From the NCBI RefSeq assembly GCF_009914755.1, contig NC_060936.1: a stretch of DNA of 64,000 bases, one strand, 5' to 3'. This document shows, piece by piece, positions 57,292 through 64,000 of this stretch. The stretch comes from the human T2T-CHM13v2.0 reference genome, Homo sapiens. The notes under the pieces were generated by a model. That model did no database searches. It saw only the letters and a program-made list of their open reading frames with translations, and had not been told where the DNA came from. Made by a program: the position numbers and the translations under genes. How positions within the stretch are numbered: the stretch's first letter is position 1; each line of letters starts with the position of its first letter.

Positions 57292-58789
57292 TACATGGAT
57301 ATAGACTTAGCTAGATAGAATATTCCTAAATAGAAAAATTCCTCCAGATTAACCTTGTCTTTATTTAGCAGAAATGTAATTTAAGGTGTTCTCTAAAGCA
57401 AACATTAAAAATATCCTTTTAAAAATCTATATATGTAATCTCTATCTCGGTGTGGCAGATATTTACTAAAAAGCTATGCCAAATAAGTGTGTTTTTAAAA
57501 CCAAACAGAATTATAAACATAAATGTTCAGATGTTCTTAAGAACAAAAGTTCTGACCTTGTGAAGGTTTGCTTCTTGCAAAAGTAAAATTAAGATAGTAA
57601 TATTTTCAAAATGTGCATCTAACATTTACATTTGTAGAAATTTTCAGTATACAACATTGAAAATATAAATATTAATAGCTTTTGAGATAATTTTATTAAA
57701 CATTTTTGATACGCTGTCTTACTAGACAACAATCTTACTAGATATATATAAAACAAGTAATATCTGCAGAGAAAACAGATAGTAAACTTAATTTAAATAG
57801 TCAAACATTATTTTATCACCATCATATTAATAGTCAAAATGTGGACATGAAAAAACAGAATTTTGTTCTTTTTGTTCAAATTTCTTATAAAGTTAAAATC
57901 TGAAAAATAATTAGCTCAAGCATGAGTATTGAATTGGCTTAGCATAAAAGACTCATTATTTTGTTTTAAATTTGGACTTGTACTATGACTGATTCCTACA
58001 TCCATTTCAGGAGAATTCCCTTTCTTGTAAGAATTCACATGAATTTAGGAAAGTGAAATATTGAATGTCATTATATATGCATGTAAAACCAATTAGAGCA
58101 CCAAGCATTATTATTATTGTAAAAAAAATTAATTATCTTGTAACTTGAACTGAATGTGTTTATGGTGATCTACATTTTGTGGACTTCCTTTTTAAATTTT
58201 ATTGGTCCTGTTCTATCATAGTTTTAATATTGTATGCATAAAGAAAATTGCAAAAATTGCTTGGGCAATAATTTTTATCTTATTTTCTCTAGAAAATAAC
58301 TTATTTCAAACAAACATTTCATATCTCAGGAAAATTGGTCTTCTTATCAAATAGAATGATGTATCATAGAAAATATAGACTATTCCTTATAAAAGGGAAC
58401 AATGAAATTTAATGTGATTAAGAGTGAATAAATACCATGATAGGTTTTTAAAAAGTGAATAGTATATGATAGGTAAAGAAGGAAAGATGAATCTGTTTAC
58501 TATTTTAAATAAGGTAGTATATGTAGATCTACATGTAACTAAACACTAGAAAACCAAATCTAGTAAGCTTAATCATACTATAAGCTTTGAGAAATAAATG
58601 AAAAGTAGAAGCAGTATCAGGATTTCAATAATTGTTTTAAATTTTTGTAAAAAGAAAGGAGGAAATAATAGATTCCTTTAAAGCTTTTAACTGCTGAGCA
58701 TGATATTCTTAAGTATAATATTAGATTTTGTAATATTTAAGAGTTTATACATGTTTTCATTACATTTTTCTCATTAAATCTTCCAAATC

Positions 58790-61395
<2,606 letters not shown>

Positions 61396-61397
61396 AC

Positions 61398-61697
61398 TAA
61401 TTGTGATAAAAATACACATAACATAAAATTTACCATCTTAGCCATTTTATGTCTACTGCTCAGTAAAGTACATTCACGTTGTTATACAACATTTCCAGAA
61501 CTCTTTTATCTTGCAGTTCTATACCCATTGAACAAGAATTCCCATTTCCTCTTCCCACCCATCCTAGGCAACCACTGTTCCATTTTACTGTCGCTGTGAA
61601 TTTGACTACTGCAAGTACTTCATACAGGTTCCAATTTCTCCATATCTTCAACACCTGTTTTTAATTTTTTTATTGTAGCCATCCTAATGGGTGAGGG
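61398..61697 (-). mobile_element. L1MB 3' end fragment
   Basis: acataaaatttaccatcttagccatttt...agtacattcacgttgttatacaac. Confidence 0.85.
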
Positions 61698-64000
61698 ACT
61701 ACTTTCTTATTTTAAAACTTTTGTCTAATTTAATTTTTATATACTTTTATTACTTAAATATTTTAAAGTACTTTTTAAAAATAAAAATTTCATATGATAC
61801 TAACCATTGTGTTTGGGTTACACATATTTATAAATTGCTTAACAATTGTACATAGGATGTATTAAATAATAAATTCACATCAAACTCAAAAATGTCCTTG
61901 CAAGAGTGACAGAGCTTTATTATTCATATACTTTATGATATTAACTTCAGTTACTTGGGTTAATGTAGAGATGAAATATTATTAATTAGTCTAGATCATC
62001 CACAATTTCAGTAATAAAACACAATTGGAGTGGCAGTTATAATCCATAGGTGATAATTAAAAGAACAATTACAATGTAGTGTTCAATACAGAAAGTGGTG
62101 AGTAAAAGGGTGGCCAATAACCCCAGCCACAACATCTTCCTTAATCAGAAAGGCAATAGCTTTATAAAAAACCCACACTAGTGTTCCATTAATAAGACTT
62201 CTCCATGGCATATGGCCATTCACTGCATTAAGAGAGACTGTGAATGTGAGTATTAAGATAAGCCTGTTCTGGATTAATTTTAGCATTCCATCTTCAAGAG
62301 AAACTGAGGGAATGAATAATGAGCAAATTATTAAAACAGGTATTAAATCTGCATTCATTAAATTTACAGATTTCAGAGACTGATAACATCAATAGAATCA
62401 AAACATTTAAATATCTTATAGTTGTGAATAATGAATCAAATTTAATATAGCATAAAGAATGGAAAGAAGAAAAATAATATTTTATATATCCTTTGTGCTA
62501 GACAATTTACATACATTTTCTTATTTAAGTGATCAACTGAGATTCAAACACAAGTTCATTGAATTCTAATTTTCATATACTTTCTACTATGCTTCATGTT
62601 GGAATTTTTTATTTTTTCATTTTAAGGTAAGGAGGGGCATAGACCTAAGCTCATACAATTATGTGATTTTTTAAAAGTAACAGCTCAGGTAGAAGTTCAT
62701 TAAAAATCATTTGAAGAATGTTTAGAAAGCTTAGTTTACTGTAAGCTCATTATAAGCCAAGATAGTAAGATAACCAGAAATTTCATATGCACTCTGAGGC
62801 TATCTAAATAGAATAACTTCTATCAAACTTTCTATCAAAAGGGAATTCTTATGTGGTGTACTAGCCAACTCACATGCAAAGCATAGTGATTATGGTTTTT
62901 ATAAGCCACATATTCATATGTGCAAAAATCAGAACTGTCGGTTTTCATTTATATTGGAACTTCATGTTTATTTCAACCTTCTGCCAAAAACCTAATTTAG
63001 TCATTGCTAGAAAAACTAAATAAAATTCAAAGATATTTTTTAATTGTGTTAGGTTTAAAACTCCAAGCCCAATTTCCCTTCTCCCTGGGGTTATTTCTGA
63101 GTGCCTATCTTATATAATTCTATGATATCAGTAGAGAGGTTGTGAAATGGTTAGACTTAGATCAGTCTTATTCAGTCCTGAAACATACACTACTAACTTT
63201 GATTTTGGGGATTGCCTCCCCCTGATGTTTGCTGAAAGGACAAATATTCTGCTGGCTTCCAATCTCTAAATTCAGTAAGTTATATATAACTCTGTCTCTA
63301 TTCAATCCTACCACCTGCAGACCATAGCATCCTTCTTTAAATGAATTTATCTGCCCTCTTTGGAGGAATAGGGAAGGTAACATCCCAGTCAATTTTAAAT
63401 CCCAAGAGAAATTCAGATTCACCTTATTCAGAAATTCTTTGCTCTTGATCATTTATTTTCCTCTCTGAGGCTGCTGATTCTAGAATATTAAATGGCCTAG
63501 AACACATGATCATGTTTATGCCACCTAAGGGATTGTCACTAAAGACACTCTTCTATGAAAGCTATGAAAGTTTGTTCTCTCCCTGGATTCTCTCTACTGC
63601 CCACAATAAAAAAAACAAGCAAACAAACAAATCCCCCAGACTAAAACATCTTAGCAATGGGAATGGAGATCATCTTGTGGGGAAGGTATATTCTCAGTCT
63701 TATCAGGAGCTCATCTTGACATTAATAAATATATTAACTCTTGTGGCATGTGAAAGATCAGGAAAAACAAAGGTAGAAATAAAACTACTGAGAAAATGAA
63801 ATATGGCTTTAGTGGACAATACAGTACTAAATCAAAGACAAGCTTTCTCTCTTTCTTGGTCCTTTTTGTAATAAATAGTTTTCCCACTCATTTAAATATT
63901 ATTATTTCAAATCAGAATTTTAAAAATTCAAGTTATATATATATATATATATATTTTACACCTGATCTCTATGGTGCTGAAACTGAATTGTATGCATCCC

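Noticed and set aside
62083-63799. 91-97 aa ORFs in unique-looking DNA, one with a faint resemblance to CR1/L3 RT
   Set aside because: No convincing motifs or exon structure; similarity too weak to call

Overview
AT-rich primate (human-like) non-coding DNA, intergenic or deep intronic, largely built from interspersed repeats: Alu/FLAM, L1 of several ages, HAL1, L2, MIR, MaLR and ERV1 solo LTRs, MER58 and MADE1. I found no intact host protein-coding gene, RNA gene or prokaryote-type system. Almost all ORFs in the track are repeat- or microsatellite-derived. The only gene-derived feature is an intronless, frameshifted GAGE/PAGE/XAGE-family retrocopy at about 3.65-4.13 kb. The most unusual structure is a set of local inverted (templated) duplications with 94-96% identical arms: 11.5/12.8 kb, 28.25/28.44 kb and 33.1/34.4 kb. 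In addition, four different L1 copies are rearranged or carry microsatellites at the same ORF2 3' site. Repeat subfamily names come from my recall of consensus sequences and need RepeatMasker/Dfam confirmation. I cannot support a claim of a new biological system here.
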